A stretch of DNA of 49,683 nucleotides from Candidatus Latescibacterota bacterium. GTDB lineage: Bacteria; Latescibacterota; MWCZ01. The notes under the pieces are model-generated. The model saw only the letters and a program-made list of their open reading frames with translations. It was not told the origin of the DNA and searched no databases. Made by a program: the position numbers and the translations under genes. Below are positions 1-9,770 of the stretch, piece by piece (position 1 is the stretch's first letter; every line of letters starts with the position of its first letter). Location of the stretch: contig JAKPPK010000074.1 of assembly GCA_029547385.1 (NCBI GenBank), positions 1 through 49,683 of the forward strand. The letters run 5' to 3'.

Positions 1-342
1 CGAGATTTCGCTCAGGTACGGGGTGACGGAACGGTGAGTCAGGAAATAGCGACGCACACCCTGAAGTTGCTCGATGTTGACGAACTCGGGCTTGACGACA
101 TGGACAAACGCATCCTGCTTACCATTATGGACAAATTCGGGGGCGGTCCTGTCGGACTCAACAGCATCGCAGCCTCTCTGAATGAGGAACCGGACACCAT
201 TGAAGAGGTGTATGAACCGTTCCTCATCCAGGAAGGCCTTCTCCACCGCACTCCGAGGGGCCGTGTGGTGACGGTTTCCGCATGCCGCCATTTTGGTCGT
301 GCGGGGCTCGCCCAGGGAGGTGCGCAGAGCGCATTATTCTGA
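1..342 (+). CDS. ruvB: Holliday junction branch migration DNA helicase RuvB, C-terminal part (5' truncated by window)
   Basis: Frame 1 reads [10 protein letters not shown]...[10 protein letters not shown]...FGGGPVGL...[23 protein letters not shown], the hallmark RuvB C-terminus. Confidence 0.97.
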   Translation, partial: RDFAQVRGDGTVSQEIATHTLKLLDVDELGLDDMDKRILLTIMDKFGGGPVGLNSIAASLNEEPDTIEEVYEPFLIQEGLLHRTPRGRVVTVSACRHFGRAGLAQGGAQSALF

Positions 343-446
343 ATTCGGGGGAACTCTTTCGCGGTCGAGACACTCTACGAGATAACGACGAACGGCTTGT
401 TGCATCCAAATCCGGTGGCGGACAGTCTGGCAAGGAGCTCGCGATA

Positions 447-1493
447 ATGAATCGGCAGATTGTATGTCTGGTAGTCACTCTCGGTGTGTTTTTCCAGCCG
501 GTTTCCGCCGGGTCGATGCTCGAGACCTATCATCTGAGCACGCGGGGGAAGCTGGCTTCTTTTTCCGCCATTCCGGCACCGGTCGCGTCGCTTCAGAATG
601 AGTCATCCCCTCAGGTGACGTCCGAAGAACCTGTGGTCACGGGCAAGTCACCCGTGAAGGCATTTTTCCTGTCGCTGCTCCTGCCCGGTCTCGGGGAATG
701 GTACACCGGCCACAGGATCCGGAGCGCCGCGTTTCTGGCGGTGGAAGGAACGGCGTGGGGTCTCTGGTCGAATTTCCGGGGCAACGGGAAGGACTGGGAA
801 AACCGCTACATCGCCTTCCAGGCCGCTCACTGGAGCTTCCCGAGGTACGACGCGTACCGACACGCCGTGTGGGACCGCGTTGGCCAGCTCACCAATTTCT
901 GGGACCCTTCCCGTCCCCTGTCAGCCCGGCAGCAGGATAGCCTTTCGGTCCTTGTGGGTGCGCACCACTATGACGATTGCTGCGGGCAGCCCATGCCGTC
1001 TGAGGACGACAGGCTGGAGATGATCGGGAAATACTACGCGTTTTCGTATGGCTGGGATGACGCGACGGTATACAACAACCCGAATCAGCTCCTTCGGGAT
1101 GTGTTTCCGGCTCCCGCGCCGGGCGATAACGGGGTGTGGGGGCTCAACCGCTACGATTGGTTGACAGTTCTTGGCGGCGCTCTCGTAACTCCGGCGTACG
1201 ATACCTCGTCGTATGTGTTCCAGGTGCCAAACTTGAACCTTGTTCAGTCGGCGAACCGTGACGAATACATGAGCATGCGCCAGAAATCCAACAGCAGTTA
1301 CAGCAATGCGGAGAAAATGGTGACAGTCATTCTGTTCAACCACATTATCAGCGCAATTCATGCCGCGCGGCTGGCCAAATCCGGGAACGCGACAACCGGA
1401 GAAATGCCGCGCGTGAACACCAGCCTGCGGATGGCGCTTCAGCGGACTGATCGAGACATGGTGCCGATGGTGATGCTGTGGAGACGATTCTAA
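447..1493 (+). CDS. Exported hypothetical protein, DUF5683-like
   Basis: AAGGAG RBS (432-437) before ATG 447; signal peptide; KSPVKAFFLSLLLPGLGEWY motif; NHIISAIHA motif; C-terminal Phe. Confidence 0.7.
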   Translation: MNRQIVCLVVTLGVFFQPVSAGSMLETYHLSTRGKLASFSAIPAPVASLQNESSPQVTSEEPVVTGKSPVKAFFLSLLLPGLGEWYTGHRIRSAAFLAVEGTAWGLWSNFRGNGKDWENRYIAFQAAHWSFPRYDAYRHAVWDRVGQLTNFWDPSRPLSARQQDSLSVLVGAHHYDDCCGQPMPSEDDRLEMIGKYYAFSYGWDDATVYNNPNQLLRDVFPAPAPGDNGVWGLNRYDWLTVLGGALVTPAYDTSSYVFQVPNLNLVQSANRDEYMSMRQKSNSSYSNAEKMVTVILFNHIISAIHAARLAKSGNATTGEMPRVNTSLRMALQRTDRDMVPMVMLWRRF

Positions 1494-2134
1494 TGCGCAC
1501 ACGCTCTCCTTTGTGGGTATGGTGTGCATTCATGACGGTCGCGTGTGTGGCCCCTGCGCAAGCGGTCAGCCCCAGAGGTGCCTTCTTTCGTTCCCTCCTG
1601 GTGCCGGGGTGGGGCCAACTGGCAACAGACGCGCCGAAACGTGCCGCCGTGTTTGCGGCCGCGGAAGGTGCCCTGCTTGCAGGCGCCGCGGGAACCGCAA
1701 TAATGGGGAACATCTATCGTGACGATTACCGGGCGCTGGCAGCGGCCGTAGCCGGGGCGAATCTTGCCGGGAAAGGCGACGGATACTTCAGCGATCTGGC
1801 GTTTTACGAAACCCGTGCACACCACAATCAGGCAGCGCTCATCTACGACCAGCCAGACCCGACACTGTATGCGCCGGAGGATGACTGGCAATGGCCATCC
1901 ACAGAGGACCGGATGACCTACCGCCGGTACTGGAATCGCTCCAGGGCGATGGGCCAACGCCTTGATTACGTGTTGTTTGCAATGTCACTGAACCACCTTG
2001 CGTCTGCGGTCGACGCCGCAAAGCAGGCCTCGAGACGGAATCCTGGCACTTCCGCGTGGCAGAACGTTGTTCCGCGCGTTGGCACGGCAGCTGCGTCGGG
2101 CCGGGTGGACCTTCGGTGTGCATGGAGCTTCTGA
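1493..2134 (+). CDS. Exported hypothetical protein, DUF5683-like paralog
   Basis: TAATG stop/start overlap; signal peptide; SPRGAFFRSLLVPGWGQL and NHLASAVDA motifs matching the upstream gene; C-terminal Phe. Confidence 0.7.
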   Translation: MRTRSPLWVWCAFMTVACVAPAQAVSPRGAFFRSLLVPGWGQLATDAPKRAAVFAAAEGALLAGAAGTAIMGNIYRDDYRALAAAVAGANLAGKGDGYFSDLAFYETRAHHNQAALIYDQPDPTLYAPEDDWQWPSTEDRMTYRRYWNRSRAMGQRLDYVLFAMSLNHLASAVDAAKQASRRNPGTSAWQNVVPRVGTAAASGRVDLRCAWSF

Positions 2135-2149
2135 ACGAGCAGAACGCCC

Positions 2150-5100
2150 GTGAGGTGGACGTTAATGGGCGTCGGCAGGGGCGCTGGTGGTCGGGTGATT
2201 GCCGGGTGGATCGCCATGATCTGGGGGGTTGGCCTCCTCGCAACGCCGGCTTCTGCCCAGTGGTGGAACGAGATATCCCATTTCGGACGCAATAAGGTCA
2301 ATTACCAGGCGTTTGAATGGAAAGTAATCGAAACAGAGAACTTCCGGGTTTATTACTATCAAGGCGAGGGTGACATCGCGCGCGTGGCGTCGCAAATGGC
2401 GGAAGACGCGTACGCCCGAATCTCCCGCACGCTCGATTACCGCCTGTCCCAACCCGTTCCTCTCCTCGTCTACGACTCTCACAACGACTTTGAACAGACC
2501 AACGCCACGTGGGGATTGATCGACGAAAGCACGCTCGGTTTCACTGAGGCATTCAAGAACCGCGTAGTCGTTCCGTTCACGGGCTCCTATACCCAGTTCC
2601 GCCACGTGATCCACCACGAGCTTGTCCACGCCGTGATGTTTGACATGTTCTACCGGCGTCAGGGCGGGTTGAGCACTGCTTCCCAGCTCTGGTGGGGTCC
2701 TCCTCTCTGGTTCGCGGAAGGGCTGGCGGAGTACCTCTCGACGGATTGGACGACCGAAAAGAACATGTGGGTTCGAGGGGCAACGATCGATGGATACCTG
2801 CGGCTCGACGGGTACCAGGCATACACCGCGGGTTACTCACTCCTTCGCTGGATCGCGGACGAGTTTGGTGCGGACAAAATCCCCGCAATAACCCGCCGGA
2901 TGGCAATCACGAAAGAACCTGCGGCGTCGTTCCGGGCGGTCCTCGGTGTGAGCCTTGACGACCTCCAAACGCGCTGGGAACGGCATCTGAAACGTTTCTA
3001 CTGGCCGGAAATCGAACGGCGGGAACTGACCGATGAGATGGGAAGACGCCTCACTGACCACCGTAAAGACCGGAATCATTACAACTTCGCGCCGGCGTTC
3101 TCCCCGCACGGCGACAGGATCGCGTTCCTTTCCGATCGAGATGACTACGCCTCGATTTACATCATGTCGGCGATAGACGGGCGCATCCTCCGGAAGGTGG
3201 TCACGGGGGAACGTTCGAGCCATTTCGAAGAGATGCACTGGTCACGCGGGAGCCTCAGTTGGTCACCCGGCGGGTCTCATCTCGTGTTCGCGGCAAAGCA
3301 TCACGATCTCGACGCGTTGTATATCGTTTCCGCGGAAAATGGCCGGATACAGCGCATGTTCCGGTGGCGGCAGTTCAACGCGCTGTTTTCGCCTTCCTGG
3401 TCTCCGGACAGCCTGAATATCGTGTTCGTCGGTGTGAGAGAAGGGCGCAGCGACCTGTACCTGGTGAACACGCTCACGGGTGAACTGAGGCAGCTTACAG
3501 ATGACTTCTACGACGAGATTGCACCCAGGTGGTCGCCTGATGGCACGCGCATCGCATTCGCCAGCGACCGGGTACTGGACGGTGAAGACTCCAACGTCCT
3601 GCCCGTGGGATTTGATCGCAACGTGTTTGTCATGGATGTGTCTACCGGCGTGATCACACAGATCACGCGGGCGGAGGGGGAGGATTCATCTCCGTGTTGG
3701 TCACCTGATGGCCGCAGATTGGCCTTCACGAGTGATCGCAACGGAATCTACAACCTGTACGTCGCTGACCTCGACAGCGGCACTGAGCGACCACTGACGA
3801 ATGTGATCGACGGTGTCTTTCAGCCTGACTGGTCAAGGGACGGGAGGAAGATTGCGGTTGCCGCATTCAACGTAGCGGGATACGACATATTCACGTTGAC
3901 CGATCCTCTGGCTAAATGGCAGGCGGATGACCCGCTTCCGCCCGCCGAGTTTCTGGAACGCCGCAGAGAAGAAGCGCAGAGCGATTCCTCCCGTTATCTG
4001 GAGCGTCCCCCTGTTTCCGGTCTGGGGCACTGGAGGTTCTCGCTGCAACCGCACGATTCCTCCGGTAATCCTCTCACCTTCGTGTCAAAGCCTTACGATG
4101 TGCACTTCTCGCCGGACCTCGTCTCCGGACTTGTGATGTTCGATAACATCAACGGCCTGATGGCGCAGACGATGCTTCGCGTATCAGACACGATGGGCGA
4201 CCATCAGATCCAGATCTACACCCATATCTACCGGAATGTCGAAGACGCGGACTTCCAGTTTGCGTACTACAACCTCCGGAAGAGACCAAACTGGGGATTT
4301 TCGCTTTTCCAGTTTCACCAGTACTATCTCCAAAGCTTTGCGGCAACGGAATGGACGAGCGACCGCGTACTCGGCGGGGCGGTTCTTCTGAACTACCCTT
4401 TCAACAAGTTCACCCGCCTCGAAACGTCGCTGGAGCTTTCTGACCGCGAGCGCGCGAACTTCTCGTATGATACCTATCTCCGCACGCCGGTCCGGCGTCT
4501 TCCCGGTGTCCGAACGCTTCTTCCCTCGTTCGCGCTTATCAACGACAATACGCTTTGGGGGGTGACCGGCCCGACAAACGGCTCCCGATCAGCGTTTCAG
4601 GTCAAGTTCGCGCCCGAAATCGGTTTCAACACCTACGCGTATACGACGCTGATTGGCGATTACCGCAAGTACCTTCGAGTATCCGCGGACTACGCGCTGG
4701 CGTTACGTGTATCCAGCGGAATGAGTGTCGGTCGGAACCCGGGAAGGTTCCTGCTGGGGGGCACGAGCTACTGGATCAACTTCCACTACACTCCGACGTA
4801 CAGCGTTACGAACGACAGCCTCATACCGATCACCCAGTTCATTACGCCTCTTCGCGGGAGTCGCTTCGGTGAGCTTTCGGGAAGCAGATACGCCCTTGCG
4901 AACATCGAATTCAGGTACCCCCTTGTTCGTGAGCTCGCCTGGGGATGGCCCCTGCCGATCGTACTGCGGAACATCAGGGGAATCCTTTTTCTCGACCTGG
5001 GAACCGTGTGGGGCGACGGGAGAGGTTTTGCTCCCTTCGCGGGAAACGGAATCAAGCTGAATTACACATCTGCCGGCATGACGAACGCCCCGACACGCGG

Positions 5101-5245
5101 TCCACTGGCAGTTGGTGGATTCGGGTTCGGCTGGCGGATGAATCTCGGCGTTGCAGTTCTGCGCTGGGATATTGCGTGGCCGACGGACCTCGATCGGACG
5201 CTTGGCGGGTCGCGTCAGTACTGGTCCCTCGGGGCGGATTTCTGA
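2150..5245 (+). CDS. Peptidase MA-like (HEXXH) + PD40/TolB-like beta-propeller + Omp85 (BamA/TamA-family) barrel fusion protein
   Basis: FGRNKVNY N-terminus; HHELVH and WFAEGLAEY zincin motifs; repeated WSPDG..IAF.SDR PD40 repeats; Omp85-type LRG, NIEFRYPL, FLDLG, GFGFGWR; terminal SLGADF. Exact start uncertain. Confidence 0.88.
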   Translation: MRWTLMGVGRGAGGRVIAGWIAMIWGVGLLATPASAQWWNEISHFGRNKVNYQAFEWKVIETENFRVYYYQGEGDIARVASQMAEDAYARISRTLDYRLSQPVPLLVYDSHNDFEQTNATWGLIDESTLGFTEAFKNRVVVPFTGSYTQFRHVIHHELVHAVMFDMFYRRQGGLSTASQLWWGPPLWFAEGLAEYLSTDWTTEKNMWVRGATIDGYLRLDGYQAYTAGYSLLRWIADEFGADKIPAITRRMAITKEPAASFRAVLGVSLDDLQTRWERHLKRFYWPEIERRELTDEMGRRLTDHRKDRNHYNFAPAFSPHGDRIAFLSDRDDYASIYIMSAIDGRILRKVVTGERSSHFEEMHWSRGSLSWSPGGSHLVFAAKHHDLDALYIVSAENGRIQRMFRWRQFNALFSPSWSPDSLNIVFVGVREGRSDLYLVNTLTGELRQLTDDFYDEIAPRWSPDGTRIAFASDRVLDGEDSNVLPVGFDRNVFVMDVSTGVITQITRAEGEDSSPCWSPDGRRLAFTSDRNGIYNLYVADLDSGTERPLTNVIDGVFQPDWSRDGRKIAVAAFNVAGYDIFTLTDPLAKWQADDPLPPAEFLERRREEAQSDSSRYLERPPVSGLGHWRFSLQPHDSSGNPLTFVSKPYDVHFSPDLVSGLVMFDNINGLMAQTMLRVSDTMGDHQIQIYTHIYRNVEDADFQFAYYNLRKRPNWGFSLFQFHQYYLQSFAATEWTSDRVLGGAVLLNYPFNKFTRLETSLELSDRERANFSYDTYLRTPVRRLPGVRTLLPSFALINDNTLWGVTGPTNGSRSAFQVKFAPEIGFNTYAYTTLIGDYRKYLRVSADYALALRVSSGMSVGRNPGRFLLGGTSYWINFHYTPTYSVTNDSLIPITQFITPLRGSRFGELSGSRYALANIEFRYPLVRELAWGWPLPIVLRNIRGILFLDLGTVWGDGRGFAPFAGNGIKLNYTSAGMTNAPTRGPLAVGGFGFGWRMNLGVAVLRWDIAWPTDLDRTLGGSRQYWSLGADF

Positions 5246-5341
5246 ACGGGATGAAACTCCCGCGCACCCGTGGATGTAATGGTACCACATGTGTGAATCC
5301 ACCCGTTGGCATCACGACTCGCGGTAACAAGAACACGAACC

Positions 5342-7942
5342 ATGAGAGTCAGAACCAGCGCATACGTGGTCGCCCTGTGCGCAGCCGGATTTGCCTCCGC
5401 TGATGCTGCCGCGCCCATACCGTGTGGCTCGCACCTCTTCACGGCGCTGCCCGAATCGTTCTTCCGCGAAGACGTGTCCCGCGCAAAACCCGCTCGCAAT
5501 CCCGTCGTGGGGGCAAAGGAAACCCTCTGGATTCAGAATTTCGCGGCGGGGCAGCTTGAGGAGGTGTCGGTCACGTGTCGTGCAGTGAACCGGCGGAGCG
5601 TCATCCTCGTTGCAGACGCGTGCTGGTCTGCCTTGCCCAGCGCCACAGCGATTGATCCGGCGGATGTGACACGCCTGAGTGCAGCGTTCGAGGAGAACGC
5701 GGGATCGCCGGCGCCGGTGGGCAAGGGTATCTACGACGTGCTTACTACCGCGTTCGCTCCGGTCAATCCCGTTGGCGGGGATTCACTGGTGTACATCGCT
5801 CTCACCGAAATCAAATCGAATTACACCGGCGGCTACATCGTTGGCTACGTAAGCCCGAACGACCGTGTTGATCCCTCGTTGTACGACCGTTCCAACTTCA
5901 GGAACCTTGTCGTTTTGGACGGGTTGTCGCGCACGACCGCCGTTCAGCGGGAACGCACGCTCGCTCACGAATTCCTCCACGTGATTCACATGGGCATCGA
6001 TCGGTACGAGGAGAGGTGGATCGACGAGGGAATCGCCGTGCTGGCGCAGGTTCTCTGCGGGTACCAGGGAAACACAGGGCGCGAGTTCTTTGCGAATACA
6101 GATATCGGCCTGTTCAACGATGGAACCGCGACTCCAAGCCTGGGTGATTATGATAAGTCTTACATGATCATGCAATACCTCGCAGATCAGTTCGGAGTGC
6201 AGACAATTGGCGAAATCGTTCGCTCGCCCCAGCATGGGATCTCAGGAATCGACGCGGTTCTGGCTTCCCGCGGTTTTTCCTCGCGGTTTGAGCGCGATGT
6301 GTTTCCCGACTGGACGGTAGCGAATTTGTTACCCCCGGCGCGAAACACACCCGGCCGCTACGCATGGTTCGACGCCCGCGCGGCGTTTCCGGGGGACTTT
6401 GGAAGAACAGCGTTCCCGTGCTCCCTCCGCGATACCCTTGCCAGTTATGGCGTCCGTTATCTGCGCGCTGCCGAACAGACAGCCCAGGGGACTATCACCG
6501 TAAGTTCCGGAGGCGTGTGGAACATCCGGTCGGTGGAGAACTCTGAGGCGGTAACCAACGAGCCGGTTATCCGATCGTGGTTTCCGTCCGGCACAAAAGT
6601 GTTCCGGGATTGCTCCCTCCGGCAGCCCTGGCTTGTGATCGCTCCCACAGGCATGGTTACCGTGAACCATGTGATGGATCTTTCGTGGCAGGCGCCCGGA
6701 ACGCTGAACCCGGTAGCGGAGCAACGCGAGCCTCTGGGAACGGGGACCGACATCTACCGCGCACGGATCAAATTGATCGTTTCGAACGTGGACCCGGGAC
6801 AGGATGTACGAGTCGTCGTGTCGAGCGCCCGCACAGGTGTCCTCGACCGCGATTTGCGCGTCTTGAGAAGCGGCCTGAAAGGCACGTGCGGCGAAACGCT
6901 CGAGATGATTGACTCAAGCGATGCGCCGTTACCCGCCGATGATGTGATTCGGGTGACGGTAAGCGATCTCCACAGCCCTTTCGGCGGCGTACTGTCCTCA
7001 GAGGAACTTTCCTGGAGTTTCGGTACGGGGGAGGCGGACCTCGCCGCCCCGAACGTCGTCATTAACCTGCTGGGAAACCCCGTGTTGCCCGCGTACGTCA
7101 CCGCCCTGGTACTTTCCGACGAACCATTGTACCGAAATGGGACAATTCCAGTGAGTCTCCTGTTGAACGGCACCACGGTTGTCGAGCTTGTTCCGCGAGA
7201 TTCCACGGGCATGTGCTGGGTTGGCAACGTTGCGCTCACGTCAACGGGCGCGTTCGATTTCGTGCTTCGCGCCGTTGATCTGGCGGGCAATTCACCGGCA
7301 CAGCCCTCTGCCACCTATGCCGCCCTTACGCCGGGAGGAGGTGTGGCGCGCGTGGTCTCCGGTTCCGGAGGAGAGCCCGTGGAGTTCACCCTCGCACCGG
7401 GAACCGGGGGCGGCATGATCGTTCTGGCAAGGGTGTTCGCCGACGGCTCAATCTGGCTTGGGCCGGACGGGGCCCGGTGGACGATCCCGGTGCGCGTGGC
7501 ATTGCCGCGCGCGTGGGGCTCACGGGGAAACGCGCTCCAGTCAGTCACCACCGGCCACACGGAGCCATTTTCCTTTGACCCGACACGTGGGCGATACTGG
7601 GTTGTCCTCGCCGAACCCGGAACGTACCGAATCACAAACGCGGCGGGGCGCCCGGTCGAGTTCTCACTGGGCCAGAATGCGCCGAACCCGTTCAATCCAT
7701 CCACCCGCATTCCCGTGAGTATCCCGGCACGGTACGAAGGGGGTCGGCTGGAGGTGTTCACCGTTGAGGGACAACTCGTGCGATCCTTTGCCGTTGCTCC
7801 CGGGAGGTCCTCCGTGGAATGGGACGGACTTGATGAGACGGGCAAAGGCGTGGCCAGCGGGATCTTCCTCGCTCGACTGACGGCAATCCGGGACGGTCTC
7901 CCCGCGGAAACGCGCGTGCGCCGCATGGTGGTGGTTCGATGA
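5342..7942 (+). CDS. Secreted zinc metallopeptidase-like protein with FlgD-Ig/T9SS-type C-terminal domain
   Basis: Signal peptide; TLAHEFLHVIH and WIDEG zincin motifs; C-terminal QNAPNPFNPST...WDGLDETGKGVASGIFLARL. Confidence 0.8.
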   Translation: MRVRTSAYVVALCAAGFASADAAAPIPCGSHLFTALPESFFREDVSRAKPARNPVVGAKETLWIQNFAAGQLEEVSVTCRAVNRRSVILVADACWSALPSATAIDPADVTRLSAAFEENAGSPAPVGKGIYDVLTTAFAPVNPVGGDSLVYIALTEIKSNYTGGYIVGYVSPNDRVDPSLYDRSNFRNLVVLDGLSRTTAVQRERTLAHEFLHVIHMGIDRYEERWIDEGIAVLAQVLCGYQGNTGREFFANTDIGLFNDGTATPSLGDYDKSYMIMQYLADQFGVQTIGEIVRSPQHGISGIDAVLASRGFSSRFERDVFPDWTVANLLPPARNTPGRYAWFDARAAFPGDFGRTAFPCSLRDTLASYGVRYLRAAEQTAQGTITVSSGGVWNIRSVENSEAVTNEPVIRSWFPSGTKVFRDCSLRQPWLVIAPTGMVTVNHVMDLSWQAPGTLNPVAEQREPLGTGTDIYRARIKLIVSNVDPGQDVRVVVSSARTGVLDRDLRVLRSGLKGTCGETLEMIDSSDAPLPADDVIRVTVSDLHSPFGGVLSSEELSWSFGTGEADLAAPNVVINLLGNPVLPAYVTALVLSDEPLYRNGTIPVSLLLNGTTVVELVPRDSTGMCWVGNVALTSTGAFDFVLRAVDLAGNSPAQPSATYAALTPGGGVARVVSGSGGEPVEFTLAPGTGGGMIVLARVFADGSIWLGPDGARWTIPVRVALPRAWGSRGNALQSVTTGHTEPFSFDPTRGRYWVVLAEPGTYRITNAAGRPVEFSLGQNAPNPFNPSTRIPVSIPARYEGGRLEVFTVEGQLVRSFAVAPGRSSVEWDGLDETGKGVASGIFLARLTAIRDGLPAETRVRRMVVVR

Positions 7943-8583
7943 AACCGCACGTCTCAGCGATGTGTGTCCTGATGCTGGCTCTGGTCGGGTGCTCCAGGCC
8001 GCTGTCTCCCGATCAACAACGGGAGCGGTATCGAGAAGAGGGATGGACAGCCTATCGGGCGGGAAACTTTACAGAGGCGGAGACGAAATTCCGCCAGGCG
8101 GCGGAACTGGATTCCCGGGACGGTGAAGCGCAACTCGGGGTGGCGTGGTCCCTCATCCGCCAGGATAGACTGGCGTCGGCCCTCACTGCGATTGGACGGA
8201 TCTCGTCTCAGGACCCCGCGTACATTCACGCAACGGCGGCAGGCGCCATAATCTTCGACGCGCAGGGCCAGCATGGCGAGGCGCTCCTCGCGGCCCGCAC
8301 TGTTCTCTCGCAGGACTCACTGTACGTGTTTCCCCACGACGACAGAATCACGTGGCGGACGCTGTGTTATATCGCGGGGAAAAGCACATTGATACTCGCT
8401 CCGGTCGCTGATCCGGATCTTTCCCGCACGATGGCGTTCCTCGCGAGGGTTGACGTGGAACCCCCGGTAGTTCCAGACGATCCCACCACGTGGTACGCAG
8501 CGGGCGTACGTTACGCCACGCTGATGGAGGTACTGGCAAAACGTCTGGAAGGCGTTTTCTACGCACAGGTCGCGCAAAGGTGA
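7939..8583 (+). CDS. TPR-containing lipoprotein
   Basis: Lipobox LVGC; TPR-like helices (EGWTAYRAGNFTEAETKFRQA, EAQLGVAWS); ATGA overlap with upstream gene. Confidence 0.75.
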   Translation: MKPHVSAMCVLMLALVGCSRPLSPDQQRERYREEGWTAYRAGNFTEAETKFRQAAELDSRDGEAQLGVAWSLIRQDRLASALTAIGRISSQDPAYIHATAAGAIIFDAQGQHGEALLAARTVLSQDSLYVFPHDDRITWRTLCYIAGKSTLILAPVADPDLSRTMAFLARVDVEPPVVPDDPTTWYAAGVRYATLMEVLAKRLEGVFYAQVAQR

Positions 8584-8596
8584 CCCTGTAGAGCCA

Positions 8597-9187
8597 TCAC
8601 CGCCAGTCCTTCCACACTCCCCCCCTGGCGATTTCGGACACCGACTTCCTCGTGTTCGGCCGCTCTCTTTCGCGAAGATCCGGTGGCAATATCTCCGGTG
8701 GTCCCTGCCGTCCGACCGCAATCATGACCTCAATCGCGAAATCCTCTGGAACTCCGAGAACCTGCTGGGCTTTGTTCGCGTTGAAACCGGCCATGGCGTG
8801 TGCTGCGAGCCCGCGCAGAGAGGCTTCAAGTGCGAAACTCATCCACGCCGCTCCCGTGTCGAACGAGTGAGTGCGGGAAGGCTGGCCGTTGTGGTCCAGG
8901 GTCCTTTTTGAGACGAGCAGAATCAGCGCGCCGGCGTTTTTCGCCCACGCCTTGTTGCCCTCCACAAGGAGGTCGGAGAATACGTCCCACTCGGGGCTGC
9001 CTCTGTGCGCGTACAAAAAACGCCATGGCTGATTATTGAAAGCCGAAGGTGCCCACTTGGCCGCCTCGAAAAGCCCGTTGAGCTCATCTTCGGTGATGGG
9101 CTCTCCCGTCAGCGCACGCGGAGACCACCTCTGGAGAAACGGCTCGCTGACGAGGTGTTCCGGTTGCCGGAAATCTCTCACATTCAT
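8597..9187 (-). CDS. Nitroreductase family protein
   Basis: RWSPRA, LFEAAKWAPSAFNNQPWRF, FDTGAAW, HAMAGF motifs. Confidence 0.93.
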   Translation of the reverse strand: MNVRDFRQPEHLVSEPFLQRWSPRALTGEPITEDELNGLFEAAKWAPSAFNNQPWRFLYAHRGSPEWDVFSDLLVEGNKAWAKNAGALILLVSKRTLDHNGQPSRTHSFDTGAAWMSFALEASLRGLAAHAMAGFNANKAQQVLGVPEDFAIEVMIAVGRQGPPEILPPDLRERERPNTRKSVSEIARGGVWKDWR

Positions 9188-9204
9188 GCCACGCCCCCTC
9201 TGCA

Positions 9205-9253
9205 GAGAAAAGACGAAGAAGCCCGAAAAGGGTAGTTCCGATTCGGGCTTCTT
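9205..9253 (-). terminator. Probable intrinsic terminator/processing hairpin downstream of tRNA-Thr
   Basis: 12-bp inverted repeat aagaagcccgaa (9216-9227)/ttcgggcttctt (9242-9253), followed on the minus strand by cgtcttttctct. Confidence 0.55.
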
Positions 9254-9259
9254 TCTCTA

Positions 9260-9335
9260 TGGAGCCAACGCGCGGAATCGAACCGCGGACCTGCTCATTA
9301 CGAGTGAGCTGCTCTACCTGCTGAGCTACGTTGGC
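9260..9335 (-). tRNA. tRNA-Thr(CGT)
   Basis: Reverse complement GCCAACGTAGCTCAGCAGGTAGAGCAGCTCACT-CGT-AATGAGCAGGTCCGCGGTTCGATTCCGCGCGTTGGCTCCA; 76 nt cloverleaf with encoded CCA. Confidence 0.96.
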
Positions 9336-9346
9336 CTGATCCTGAT

Positions 9347-9673
9347 TTACCCCAACTGCGCTTTGATCTTCGTTTCCAGCGTTCCTTTTGGCACGGCGCC
9401 CACAACCTGATCTACGACTTTTCCGCCCTTGAAAAACAGAAGGGACGGAATGCTGCGGATGCCGTACTGGCCCGCATGCTGCTGGTTCTCGTCCACGTCG
9501 ACCTTGGCGAACTTCACCTTGCCGTCGTACGCTGCGGCGAGTTCTTCCACCACAGGTGCGATCATCCGGCACGGTCCACACCATGTTGCCCAGAAATCCA
9601 CCACGGTGAGGATGTCGCTTTTCAACACCTCCTGGTCGAATGTGGCGTCCGTTACGACGACAGGTTTCGCCAT
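9347..9673 (-). CDS. trxA: Thioredoxin
   Basis: [10 protein letters not shown] active site, IRSIPSL cis-Pro motif, 108 aa from MAKPVV. Confidence 0.96.
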   Translation of the reverse strand: MAKPVVVTDATFDQEVLKSDILTVVDFWATWCGPCRMIAPVVEELAAAYDGKVKFAKVDVDENQQHAGQYGIRSIPSLLFFKGGKVVDQVVGAVPKGTLETKIKAQLG

Positions 9674-9770
9674 CTTCCAGATCCTTTCCCGCGCCGCCAC
9701 GCCGTCATCAAACGACACCGCGGTGCGTCTGCATGGAGTAATTAAGAGTACGACCGGGTATTTCGGTCAG

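Noticed and set aside
9260-9335. tRNA 3' ends (also 23291-23461) as possible integration sites
   Set aside because: No integrase and no duplicated tRNA 3' end noticed; flanking genes are housekeeping
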